From Terriglobia bacterium (lineage in GTDB: Bacteria > Acidobacteriota > Polarisedimenticolia > Polarisedimenticolales > JAIQFR01): 64,000 nt of DNA. The stretch covers positions 2,048,001 to 2,112,000 of the forward strand of contig CAVVHE010000004.1 in NCBI GenBank assembly GCA_963748015.1, read 5' to 3'. How positions within the stretch are numbered: the stretch's first letter is position 1; every line of letters starts with the position of its first letter. A program made the position numbers and the translations under genes. Positions 9,875-19,238 of this stretch are shown piece after piece. The notes under the pieces were generated by a model, which was not told where the DNA came from, did no database searches, and saw only the letters and a program-made list of their open reading frames with translations.

Positions 9875-12010
9875 ATGGCGTTCACCCGCGAGCCGTTCAC
9901 CGCGAGAACCGTCACCTCCGGGCGTAGCTGGCCTCTCGGGGCCACCGTCCGGGACGGCGGCGTCAACTTCGCGCTCTACTCGAGGAGCGCGGAAGGGGTT
10001 TTCCTCCTCCTGTTCGACCAGCCCGACGGCGAGCCCACCGACGTGATCCGCCTCGAGGAGAGGACCCGCTTCGTCTGGCACGCTTTCGTCGAGGGGGTAC
10101 GGGCGGGCCAGTACTACGCCTACCGCGTCCTCGGGCCCTGGGATCCGGCCCGGGGGCTCCGCTTCAACGAGCACAAGCTCCTGCTCGACCCGTACGCCAA
10201 GGCGCTGACCGGCAAGCCTCGCAACGTGGACAATCTGCTCCTCGCCCACGACCTCTCCTCGGCCTCGAAGGACCTGGCGATGGACTCGCGCGACAGCGCA
10301 CCGGTGCTGCCGAGGTGCATCGTGGTCGACGACGCGTTCGACTGGGATGGGGACGCTCCCCCTGCCCACCCGCTCGAGTCGCTGATCCTCTACGAGGTCC
10401 ACGTCAAGGGATTCACAGCCCACCCGTCGTCGGCGGTTTCGCGGCCGGGGACTTACCAGGGGTTCGCGGAGAAGATCCCGTACCTGAAGAAGCTGGGGAT
10501 CAACGCCGTCGAGCTGCTGCCGGTGCACGAGCACTACGTCGAGGACTTCCTCCGCGACCGCGGCCTGGCGAACTACTGGGGGTACAACTCGGTTGCTTTC
10601 TTCTCGCCCGAGTCCACGTACGGTTCGCGGACCTCGCCGGGATGCGAGGTTCGCGAGTTCAAGACCCTCGTTCGCGAGCTGCACCGGGCGGGGATCGAGG
10701 TGATCCTCGACGTCGTCTACAACCACACCGCCGAGGGGAGCGAATTGGGGCCGACGCTGTCGCTTCGCGGGATCGACAACTCGTCCTACTACTGCCTCAC
10801 GGGCCCAGCCGAAGCTCCCGGCCGCCACTACGTGAACCACACCGGCTGCGGGAACAGCCTCGACCTCGGGACCCCTCCGGCGATACGGCTCGTTATGGAC
10901 TCCCTCCGGTACTGGGTCGAGACCATGCACGTGGACGGGTTCCGCTTCGACCTCGCGTCGGTCCTCGGGCGGGAGGACGGCGGGTTCCGGACCGGCTCGT
11001 CGTTCTTCGACGCGGTGTCGCAGGACCCGGTGCTCGCGCGGGTGAAGCTGATCGCCGAGCCGTGGGATCTCGGGACCTACCAGGCGGGGAACTTCCCGGT
11101 GGACTGGTCGGAGTGGAACGGCAGGTTCCGCGACACGGTGCGGCGGTTCTTCAAGGGAGACGCCGGGCAGCTTCGCGACCTCGGTTGGAGGGTCACCGGC
11201 TCCGCCGACCTGTACGGCGACGACGGCCGCTCCGCCTACAACAGCATCAACTTCGTCACCTGCCACGACGGGTTCACGCTTCGCGACCTGGTCTCGTACG
11301 ACGGCAAGCACAACGCCGCGAACCTCGAGGCGAACCGGGACGGGACCGACGACAACAACTCGTGGAATTGCGGCGCCGAGGGGGAGACGGACGATCCCGA
11401 GGTGCTGCGGCTTCGCCGCCGGATGGCGAGGAACCTCGTTTGCGGCCTCCTGTTTTCGTCCGGCACACCGATGCTCCTCGGCGGCGACGAGTTCCTTCGC
11501 ACCCAGGGCGGGAACAACAACGCCTATTGCCAGGACAACGAGCTGAGCTGGTTCGACTGGCGCGAGGCGGCGAGGAACGCCGGTTTCCTCGAGTTCGTGC
11601 GGAAGGCGATCGCGTTCACCCGCCGCTTCCCCGCCCTCCAGCGGCGCAAGTTCTTCCTCGGCCGCGATCTCGACGACGAGGGGCTGCCCGACATCGACTG
11701 GTTCTCCTGCGACGGCGGCAGGCCGGACTGGAACGACGCCGAGCAGCGTGCGGTCTGCTACCGGCTCGCGGGCGACCGCCGCGACGGGCGCCCCGGCGAC
11801 GAGGAGCTGTTCTTCGTCCTCAACGCCGACTGGAGGCTCCGGTACGTGAAGCTCCCGGCGCCCGGCAACGGCCGGCGCTGGCGCCGGATCCTGGACACCT
11901 ACCTCGACGGCCCCGACGGGTTCGCCGAAGACGGCAAGGAAGTGGCGCTCGACCCGCAGGACCACTACCTCGCGAACCCGCGCAGCGTCGTGGTGCTCCT
12001 GGCTGGCTGA
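9875..12010 (+). CDS. glgX: Glycogen debranching enzyme (isoamylase, GH13)
   Basis: NYWGYN, DVVYNHTAEG, DGFRFDLAS, LIAEPWD, NFVTCHDGFTL and GNNNAYCQDN motifs. Confidence 0.96.
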   Translation: MAFTREPFTARTVTSGRSWPLGATVRDGGVNFALYSRSAEGVFLLLFDQPDGEPTDVIRLEERTRFVWHAFVEGVRAGQYYAYRVLGPWDPARGLRFNEHKLLLDPYAKALTGKPRNVDNLLLAHDLSSASKDLAMDSRDSAPVLPRCIVVDDAFDWDGDAPPAHPLESLILYEVHVKGFTAHPSSAVSRPGTYQGFAEKIPYLKKLGINAVELLPVHEHYVEDFLRDRGLANYWGYNSVAFFSPESTYGSRTSPGCEVREFKTLVRELHRAGIEVILDVVYNHTAEGSELGPTLSLRGIDNSSYYCLTGPAEAPGRHYVNHTGCGNSLDLGTPPAIRLVMDSLRYWVETMHVDGFRFDLASVLGREDGGFRTGSSFFDAVSQDPVLARVKLIAEPWDLGTYQAGNFPVDWSEWNGRFRDTVRRFFKGDAGQLRDLGWRVTGSADLYGDDGRSAYNSINFVTCHDGFTLRDLVSYDGKHNAANLEANRDGTDDNNSWNCGAEGETDDPEVLRLRRRMARNLVCGLLFSSGTPMLLGGDEFLRTQGGNNNAYCQDNELSWFDWREAARNAGFLEFVRKAIAFTRRFPALQRRKFFLGRDLDDEGLPDIDWFSCDGGRPDWNDAEQRAVCYRLAGDRRDGRPGDEELFFVLNADWRLRYVKLPAPGNGRRWRRILDTYLDGPDGFAEDGKEVALDPQDHYLANPRSVVVLLAG

Positions 12011-12019
12011 TCGCGCTCC

Positions 12020-12811
12020 TCAGGGAACGGGGAACACCGGGGAGACCGGCGGGAGCGGGGGATCGCCGGGGTAGACGACGCGCTCGAGGAAGAGGCCCGA
12101 GGGGGGCGCCGTCCACTCGGCGACGCCTCCTCCGCCGGCGGAGAGCGCGCGCAGCCGCAGCAGGTCCTCGACGTCGGCCGGACGCAGCTCTCCGGCTCCG
12201 ACCCGCACGAGGACGCCGACGATTCGGCGAACCATCCTCCAGAGGAAGTGCGACGCCGACAGGCGGACGAGGACGAGGGCGCCGTCGGTCGCCACCTCGG
12301 CGGACTCCACCACGACGATCGTGCTGGTCTGGTCGTCCGGCTTCTCGCAGAAGAGCGCGAAGTCGTGCCGCCCCTCGAGGAGCTGCGCCGCCGCGCGCAT
12401 CCGGTCCGCGTCGAGCGGGCGGCTCACCCACCAGACGTACCGCTTCGCGAAGGCCGATCGCCGGCGGGAGATCTGGTAGAGATAGCTCCTCGACACCGCC
12501 GAGTGCCGGGCGTGAAACCTCTCGGACTCGGGCACGACGGAGAGCAGGTGGATGTCCGGCGGGAGCGCGTCGTTGACCTCCCTCCGAAGCCGCTCGGGAT
12601 CCGCCCGTCGCCGCAGCCTCAGGTGCGCGGTCTGCGCCAAGGCGTGAACCCCGGCGTCCGTCCTGCCCGCGCCGCCGAAGTCGAGGACGTCCCCCGCGAC
12701 GCCGGCGATGACCTGGCGCAGCTCCCCGGCGACCGTACGGGCGTTCTTCTGCGCCTGCCAGCCGCGGTAGCGGGTCCCGTCGTATTCCACGGTAAGACGA
12801 TAGGTCGGCAC
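12020..12811 (-). CDS. truA: tRNA pseudouridine(38-40) synthase
   Basis: EYDGTRYRGWQ, AGRTDAGVHA (catalytic Asp), FHAR, FLWRMVR and APPSGLFL. Confidence 0.93.
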   Translation of the reverse strand: MPTYRLTVEYDGTRYRGWQAQKNARTVAGELRQVIAGVAGDVLDFGGAGRTDAGVHALAQTAHLRLRRRADPERLRREVNDALPPDIHLLSVVPESERFHARHSAVSRSYLYQISRRRSAFAKRYVWWVSRPLDADRMRAAAQLLEGRHDFALFCEKPDDQTSTIVVVESAEVATDGALVLVRLSASHFLWRMVRRIVGVLVRVGAGELRPADVEDLLRLRALSAGGGGVAEWTAPPSGLFLERVVYPGDPPLPPVSPVFPVP

Positions 12812-12945
12812 GGCCCCATTATGCGGCTTAGGGGAGAATTCGGGATGCTGGCATAATGTGGGGGCGCCGACGCCCGTCGGAGACGGGCGCGGCGCGAGAG
12901 TGGCCCCAGAAGAACGCGCCCCGGACGGGGCGAGGAGAGCACGGG

Positions 12946-13362
12946 ATGACGAACAAGGAGTTGGTCGGTCTGCTGAACCAAGCCATCGAGCTCGAGTACC
13001 AGGCGTTCCTCCAGTACTACTACCAGTCGCTGAAGCTCAAGGGGATGGCGACGGTCGCGCTCCGCGAGATGCTCGCGGAGGAGGCCGACGCGGAGCTCGG
13101 GCACGCCAAGGCGCTCGCGGAGCGGGTCGCGGCCCTCGGCGGCGAGCCCTCGATGAAGATCGCGCCGGTGAAGGTCGGCAACACGCCGAAGGAGATGATC
13201 AAGTACAACCTGGAGCGCGAGGCGAAGGCCATCGCCCTCTATCGCAAGATCGTGAAGGCCCTTCACGGAACGCAGGGGTACGAGCTGGTCTACGTGCTCA
13301 TCCTCAGGATCCTCGGCGACGAGCTGAAGGACGTCGAGGAGTTCGAGGCGTTTCTCGACTAG
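12946..13362 (+). CDS. Ferritin-like (bacterioferritin-related) four-helix protein
   Basis: LNQAIELEYQAFLQY, ELGHAKALAERV..LGGEP, EREAKAIALY and ILGDE motifs; GAGGAG RBS. Confidence 0.82.
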   Translation: MTNKELVGLLNQAIELEYQAFLQYYYQSLKLKGMATVALREMLAEEADAELGHAKALAERVAALGGEPSMKIAPVKVGNTPKEMIKYNLEREAKAIALYRKIVKALHGTQGYELVYVLILRILGDELKDVEEFEAFLD

Positions 13363-13389
13363 CACGGCCCGGAGGGCGGCGGCCGCGGC

Positions 13390-14076
13390 ATGAATCCGAA
13401 CTGGTGCCCGCAGTGCTGCACGAGACACGCCCCTTCTGGGGCTTGCCCGGGGGCCCTGCTGGCGACGGGTGACGAGCGGGCCGGGTGGCGCGTCACCGTG
13501 GAGACGAGCGGCCGGCTCGAGGCGATCGGCGTCCTGGTCGCCCCTTGCGGCAAGAGCTGGCGGGCGCGGATCCTCACCTACCCGAACGTGCTGTGGACGA
13601 TCCCGGGGGGGGGCGGCGCGATGAAGTTCGCGGCCGCTTCCCCCCAGGAAGCCGAGCGCCAGGCCATCGCCTTCATCAAGGCCCACTGCATCGAGCGCGG
13701 CTGGCTGCGCCGAGACGAGGTCGTTCCGGTGACTCTCGGGGCCTTCGCCGACGAGCGCGCTCCCGATGCCGTCGCCCCGTCCCCGGCCCGCAGGAGGCTG
13801 CGCACGTTCCCGATCTGGTTCGGGCCCCTGGTGCCGACGATCGAGGCGGTGACCGCCAATCTGTCGGCGACCGGGCTCTTCATCAACACGCCCAACCTGC
13901 TCGACGCCGGCACGGAGCTCCGGATGCGACTCGACCTTTACACCTTCCGGGTCGCCCTCCGCGGCAAGATCGTCTGGAGCCGCGACACCTCCGTCGTCGG
14001 CAGGCCCGCCGGCCTGGGGATCCGCCTCATCGACCCGCCCGCCATGTACGTCAAGTTCGTCGAGACGCTACGTTAG
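13390..14076 (+). CDS. PilZ-domain protein with N-terminal Cys/His cluster
   Basis: C-terminal RRRLR (RxxxR) and NLSATG (D/NxSxxG) motifs followed by a PilZ-like beta barrel; N-terminal CPQCCTRH...C. Confidence 0.75.
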   Translation: MNPNWCPQCCTRHAPSGACPGALLATGDERAGWRVTVETSGRLEAIGVLVAPCGKSWRARILTYPNVLWTIPGGGGAMKFAAASPQEAERQAIAFIKAHCIERGWLRRDEVVPVTLGAFADERAPDAVAPSPARRRLRTFPIWFGPLVPTIEAVTANLSATGLFINTPNLLDAGTELRMRLDLYTFRVALRGKIVWSRDTSVVGRPAGLGIRLIDPPAMYVKFVETLR

Positions 14077-15491
14077 AATCCCGCCTCCGCGATCCCCTTC
14101 CGCTTCACCTCCGGCGCGTACTTCCCGGCCGTCGCCTCGATCTCGCTCGCCTTGCCGATGAAGACGAACGTGAGGTCCTTCTCCGGGTAGCGGCTCGCGA
14201 TGACCCGCTTCGCGTCGGCGAGCGTGACCGCGTCCACCTTCGCGTAGAAGTCGTCGATCTCGCCGTCGGGCAGCCCGTAGTAGCGCAGCTGCGCCAGCAG
14301 GGACGCCAGCTGGTCGCCGGTCTCCAGCAGCTGCGGGGGGAGCGTCCCCTTCATGTAGGCCTTCGCCGAGGCGAGGTCCTCCTCGGAGATCCCCTTCTCG
14401 CGCAGCTGGTGCAGCACGTCGAGCGCCATGTCGACCGCCTTCTCGGTGCTCGCGGTCCGGGTGTAGCTCGAGATGTAGAACGGGCCGGGGAGCCTGCGCA
14501 TCTCGAAGTCCGCCGACGCGCCGTAGGTCAGGCCGTTCTTGATGCGGAGCGCGGTGTTGATCATCGACGTGAACCGGCCCCCGAAGAGGGTGTTCACGAC
14601 GTCGATCGCGACGCGATCCGGATCGTTCCGGGCCACCCCCACGTTGCCGATCATGAAGTTCGTCTGGGTGGCGTCGGGCTTGTCCACCAGCAGCAGGCGC
14701 CTTCCCGGCACGGGCTTGGCGGCCGCGAGCCGGACCTCCGCCGCCTTCTCCTTCGAGCTCCACGCGCCGAATCTCTCCCTGACGGCCGCCTCCATGTCCG
14801 CGGCGGCGAAGTCCCCGACGACGGCGAGGATGACGTTCGACGGGAGGTAGCTCGAGGCGTGGAACCTGACGACGTCCTCGCGGCCGATCGCCGCAAGCGA
14901 CCGCTCGTCCCCGCCCGGCGGACGCCCGTAGGGGTGAGAGCCGAAGAGGAACGCGTTGTAGTACGTCGAGATCACGCCCTGCGCGCTGTCCTTCGCGGCC
15001 TTGAGCCCGTCGATCCGCTGAGCGAGGAGCTTCTTCACCTCCGCCTCGGGAAACACGGGGTTCATCACGAGGTCGGCGAACAGGTCGAGGCCGCTCGCGA
15101 CGTCCTTCTTCACGAGCTCGGCCCGCCCCGAGCTGTAGTCGACGCCGGCCGACGCGGCGTACGTGGCCCCCACGAAGTCGAGGGCGTCGGAGATCTGGTC
15201 GGCGGTTCTCGTCTTGGTCCCCTTCCGCAGGAGCGCGGCCGTGACCGAGGCGAGCCCCTCCTTCCCGACGGGATCGGCCACCGACCCCGCGCGCACGATG
15301 TAGCCGAGGCTCACGAGCGGGACCTTGTGCTGCTCCATCAGCAGGACCGTCATGCCGTTCTTGAGCGTGAGGGACCTGTACGGCGGCAGCGAAACGCCGC
15401 CTCCGGGGGCCGGCGGCTCGGCCGCGAGGACGGCGGCGGCGAGCAGCGGCAGGAGCGCGGCCAGGATCGTCGTGCGGGTGCGCGTCGTCAT
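14073..15491 (-). CDS. M16B peptidase, non-catalytic (beta-like) subunit, secreted
   Basis: LKNGMTVLL, GLASVTAALLRKGT (no HxxEH), IKNGLTYG (R/Y motif); ATGA overlap with the upstream subunit. Confidence 0.9.
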   Translation of the reverse strand: MTTRTRTTILAALLPLLAAAVLAAEPPAPGGGVSLPPYRSLTLKNGMTVLLMEQHKVPLVSLGYIVRAGSVADPVGKEGLASVTAALLRKGTKTRTADQISDALDFVGATYAASAGVDYSSGRAELVKKDVASGLDLFADLVMNPVFPEAEVKKLLAQRIDGLKAAKDSAQGVISTYYNAFLFGSHPYGRPPGGDERSLAAIGREDVVRFHASSYLPSNVILAVVGDFAAADMEAAVRERFGAWSSKEKAAEVRLAAAKPVPGRRLLLVDKPDATQTNFMIGNVGVARNDPDRVAIDVVNTLFGGRFTSMINTALRIKNGLTYGASADFEMRRLPGPFYISSYTRTASTEKAVDMALDVLHQLREKGISEEDLASAKAYMKGTLPPQLLETGDQLASLLAQLRYYGLPDGEIDDFYAKVDAVTLADAKRVIASRYPEKDLTFVFIGKASEIEATAGKYAPEVKRKGIAEAGF

Positions 15492-16822
15492 TTCGCCTTC
15501 TCCTCGGGAACGAGCGTGGCCACGGTGCGGTTGTTCGCGCCGAAGTACTTCGCGGCCACCGCCTGCACGTCGGCGGCGGTGATCTTCTTCAGCGCTTCCT
15601 CCTTCTCGAAAAGCTTGCGGTAGTCGCCGAAGAACACCTCGTAGCTGCCGATCGTGTTGCCCCGGCCGTTGATCGTCTTCATCTCGCGGTAGAAGTCCGC
15701 GAGAAGGATGTTCTTCGCCTTGGCCAGCTCGGCGTCCGTGACGGGCGCGGTCGAGAGCTTCTGGAGCTCCTCGTAGAGGGCCTTCTCGCACGCGGCGGGA
15801 TCGACCCCCGCGCGGGGCTGCAGGCTGAACGTGAACAGGAACGGGTCGAAGCTCTCGCCGGCGCCGCCGCGAACGCCGATGGCGAGCTGGTCGGCGTCCA
15901 CGAGCCGCCGGTACAGGCGGGACGACTGCCCGCTCGTCAGGACCTGCTCGACGATTTGCAGCGGGTAGTACTCGGGGCTGTTCGTCTGCGGCACGTGGTA
16001 GGCGACCATGAGGATCGGCAGCTGGGCCGGCTTGCGCACGACGATGCGCCGTTCCCCTCGCTGCTCGGGCTCGACGGTGGTCACCTTCGGCGGCGGCTCC
16101 CGCGACGGGATCGGCTCGATGTACTTCTCGGCGAGGCGGAAGACGTCGGCTGCGAGGACGTCGCCGACCACGACCATGGTCGCGTTGTTGGGAGCGTACC
16201 CCATGCGCCAGTGGCTCTGAAGGTCCTCCATCTTCCAGCCCTCGATGTCGCTCATCCAGCCGATCACCGGCCACATGTAGGGGTGGGCGGTGAAGGCGGT
16301 CGCCTGGAGCTGCTCCTCGAGGATCCCGCGGTTGGAGTTCTCGACGCTCGTGCGTCGCTCGCTCGCGACGACGCCGCGCTCGGACTCGATGATCTTGGGG
16401 TCGAAGGACAGGTACTGGATCCGATCGGCCTCCATGTCGAAGATCTTCTCGAGGTTCACCGCTCCCGACGGGAACCAGTCCTGGTAGACGGTCACGTTCT
16501 CGCTGGTGTAGGCGTTGTTGTGCCCGCCGAACGCCTCCATCACGCGGTCGAACTCGCCGGTGCCGTACTTCTTCGCGCCGTTGAACATCATGTGCTCGAA
16601 GAAGTGGGAGATGCCGGTCGTTCCCGGGCGCTCGTTGCGGGCGCCGATCCGGTAGAAGGTGTAGAAGGCGACGTTCGGGATCGAGTGGTCCTCCTGCACG
16701 AGGATCTTCATGCCGTTCTTGAGCGTGCGCGTCTTGACCTCGAAGCTCTGGGCCAAGGCGGGGGCGCCGAGCAGCAGAGCCACCGGCAGGAGGATGGAAA
16801 GCGGACGGCGGAAAGCGGCCAT
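15488..16822 (-). CDS. M16B zinc peptidase, catalytic subunit, secreted
   Basis: GISHFFEHMMFNG (HxxEH), NAYT and ERGVVASERR; signal peptide. Confidence 0.93.
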   Translation of the reverse strand: MAAFRRPLSILLPVALLLGAPALAQSFEVKTRTLKNGMKILVQEDHSIPNVAFYTFYRIGARNERPGTTGISHFFEHMMFNGAKKYGTGEFDRVMEAFGGHNNAYTSENVTVYQDWFPSGAVNLEKIFDMEADRIQYLSFDPKIIESERGVVASERRTSVENSNRGILEEQLQATAFTAHPYMWPVIGWMSDIEGWKMEDLQSHWRMGYAPNNATMVVVGDVLAADVFRLAEKYIEPIPSREPPPKVTTVEPEQRGERRIVVRKPAQLPILMVAYHVPQTNSPEYYPLQIVEQVLTSGQSSRLYRRLVDADQLAIGVRGGAGESFDPFLFTFSLQPRAGVDPAACEKALYEELQKLSTAPVTDAELAKAKNILLADFYREMKTINGRGNTIGSYEVFFGDYRKLFEKEEALKKITAADVQAVAAKYFGANNRTVATLVPEEKAK

Positions 16823-16952
16823 AAACGCTCCTTCAAGATCGATCGGGCAAGGAGCGCCATGCTACCGCCTGAAGCGACCGGCGCGAAAGGCCCCCAGAAG
16901 TTCCACGCGTTCGCCAGGGGAACCAGGTCGGAGACGGGAAGAACTCGCCCCA

Positions 16953-16986
16953 GAAAAACAACGCCCCTCGGTGATACCGAGGGGCG
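16953..16986 (-). terminator. Rho-independent terminator
   Basis: Perfect 11-bp stem CGCCCCTCGGT/ACCGAGGGGCG (16962-16986) followed by TTGTTTTT on the minus strand. Confidence 0.8.
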
Positions 16987-17024
16987 GTCACTTCGTAGGA
17001 CCAGCGCCGGTCCCCACTCGCTAT
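16953..17024 (-). ncRNA. Candidate ~70-nt small RNA (two hairpins, intrinsic terminator)
   Basis: Own promoter (TTGACA 17058-17053, N17, TATCCA 17035-17030); hairpin GGACC-N6-GGTCC; 11-bp terminator stem + U-tract; no plausible ORF. Confidence 0.5.
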
Positions 17025-17328
17025 ATGTTTGGATACGGGTCGGGTAGGTCGCTGTCAAGAATATTTTCTCCAGCCTCGCTGCGCTCCGCGATCGGCCCTT
17101 CATTCGTCGAGAACGGCTGCCCGCAGCGGCTCCGAACCCCGGATAATTGAAATTCTTCGCAGATTGTCGTGGGAAAACCGCCCAGGAAACCGTCGCATCG
17201 CAGCTCGCCCCACCGCGATCAGAAGAATTAGAAGAAATGGTCGCACCGCCCGGCACCGGCTCAGGCGCGCGATGTCCTTCTCAAGCGGCGCGCGGCCCGC
17301 ACGACGAGCGCCGCCGGGATGGGAGGGC

Positions 17329-17889
17329 TCAGCGCTGCTCGAAGAACGCGAGCGAGTAGAGCACCGACACGCCGGCGTCGCTCCGGTCCGCGACGCCGTT
17401 CGATCCGTAGAGCCTGCCGGCGAACAGGAGGACCGACACCACCTGCTGCGGGTCGAGGTTCGGGACGACCTGGATCCGGACTCCCGCGCTCAGGGTCAGA
17501 TTCGACTCGTACAGGTCCACGCCGAAGAACTTGTCCGCGGCGAGGGTCCCGACCGGCGACCACTTGCGCTGCGGCCGGAAGCCCACGCCTCCGATCACGC
17601 CTAGCGCCCAGCCGTTCGACGTCCGTCCCGCGTCGCCCGCCTGCACCCAGGTCAGCCGCCCGCCGCCGAAGAGGTGGTACTTCTTGTGGAGCGAATCGCC
17701 GAACGTGAGGCCGACGCCGGCCTGCCAGAAATCGGAAGCGCCGCTCAGCAGCGCGCTGTACTCGTCCAGGGTGAAATCGCGATCCACGGAGGCGCTCGCG
17801 ACCGGAGCGGCCGCCGGCGCGGCCCAGGCCGCTCCGAACGACAGGCTCGAAAGGACCACCGCGAACGCAAGCGCCTTGTTGAAGCCCAT
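17329..17889 (-). CDS. Small secreted, probable outer-membrane beta-barrel protein
   Basis: Signal peptide; alternating hydrophobic Gly/aromatic-rich strands; near-terminal YSLAFF; GGAGGT RBS. Confidence 0.6.
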   Translation of the reverse strand: MGFNKALAFAVVLSSLSFGAAWAAPAAAPVASASVDRDFTLDEYSALLSGASDFWQAGVGLTFGDSLHKKYHLFGGGRLTWVQAGDAGRTSNGWALGVIGGVGFRPQRKWSPVGTLAADKFFGVDLYESNLTLSAGVRIQVVPNLDPQQVVSVLLFAGRLYGSNGVADRSDAGVSVLYSLAFFEQR

Positions 17890-18026
17890 GGTGCGACCTC
17901 CGGGCGGCGATTGTACTCTCGATGCGCCCCCGCGGCCTTCGCCGGCGGCCGCGGTCGCCCGTTCCCGTGCGATTTGCGGGGCTCGTGGGCGGGTCTTATA
18001 CTCGGCGCCTTGTTCATGAGGCTCCC

Positions 18027-19232
18027 ATGAAACTTCGAGATTTCTCCGGCTTGCGCCTTCTCCTCGTCATCGCGGCCTGCGGCCTGCTGCTCGGCGCGGC
18101 GCCGGGATCCACCCCTTCCGACATCCAGGCCCTGGTCAAGGACGGGAAGCTCGACGACGCGATCGCCAAGGGCCGGGAGGCGGTGAAGGCGAAGCCGTCC
18201 GATCCCGAGCTCAGGATGGCCCTCGCGCACGCGCTGGCGGCGAAGGGGCGCAGCATCCACCGGGTCGTCAGCGCGACGGTGGACGGCAAGGATCTCCTCG
18301 AGGGGAAGGTGGCGCTCCCCGCGATCGACCCCGAGCACCCGCCGAAGGCCGAGGTCCGTTACGACCCGGCTCTGTTCGAGGAAGCGGTCAAGAACGTGCG
18401 CGAGGCGGTGAAGCTCTCGCCGAAGCGCGCGGACCTGCGCTTCGAGGAATGCTACCTGCTCACCGACGCGGGGGACGTGGACGGCGCCCTGGAGGCCGTC
18501 AAGGGCGCGCTCGCCGCGCTACCGCACGCCGGACCGCTCGGGAGCGATCTCGCGGCGTTCGGCGTCGAGCGCGCGAAGCGCGGCGATCCCCGGGGAGGCG
18601 CGGTCCTCCTCCAGCCGGTGACGGCGGCGTTTCCGAACGACCCGGCGATCGCCGTGGACTACGGCTATATCCTCGGCCAGGCGGGCAGGAAGGCGGACGC
18701 GTTGAAGGAGCTCGAAAGGGCCTTCAAGCTCGCCCCGACCGACCCGCGCGTCCTGCGGCGCCGGACGACGGCGCTCATGCTCCTCCGCGAGTTCAAGCGG
18801 GCGCGGGCGAGCTGGCAGGCCGCCTTCGAGGCCACCCGCGCGGACGGGGAGCGGCTCGGCGCGGCCGCCGCGGCGATCGCGTTCGACACGAAAACGGCCA
18901 TCAGCGAGCTTCGCGAGCTGGGAGCGCCCGCCGCCTCGGCCGACGCCGCGCTGACGGAGCTCGCCTCGGAGCTCTTCACGGCGGCTTCCGCTCCGGCGGC
19001 GGCGAAGCAGAACGTGGCTGCGGCGAAGAAGCTCGCGGACGACAAGAAGGAGCTTCTGGCCCTCCCGATACTCCACCGCGCGCTCGCGGCGGACAAGGGG
19101 CTCAAGGAGGCCGCGGCTCTCATGGCCGGCATCGAGCGGACCTTCGGTTTCTCGACCGCCGCGGACGAGATCCTGCGCGACGCCGCGGCTCCTCCCGCCG
19201 CGCCGTCGAAGCCCGCGCCGAAACCGAAATAG
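18027..19232 (+). CDS. Secreted TPR-repeat protein
   Basis: Signal peptide; TPR-like helices (GKLDDAIAKGREAVKAKP, YGYILGQAGRKADALKELERAFKLAP). Confidence 0.78.
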   Translation: MKLRDFSGLRLLLVIAACGLLLGAAPGSTPSDIQALVKDGKLDDAIAKGREAVKAKPSDPELRMALAHALAAKGRSIHRVVSATVDGKDLLEGKVALPAIDPEHPPKAEVRYDPALFEEAVKNVREAVKLSPKRADLRFEECYLLTDAGDVDGALEAVKGALAALPHAGPLGSDLAAFGVERAKRGDPRGGAVLLQPVTAAFPNDPAIAVDYGYILGQAGRKADALKELERAFKLAPTDPRVLRRRTTALMLLREFKRARASWQAAFEATRADGERLGAAAAAIAFDTKTAISELRELGAPAASADAALTELASELFTAASAPAAAKQNVAAAKKLADDKKELLALPILHRALAADKGLKEAAALMAGIERTFGFSTAADEILRDAAAPPAAPSKPAPKPK

Positions 19233-19238
19233 GAGCGC

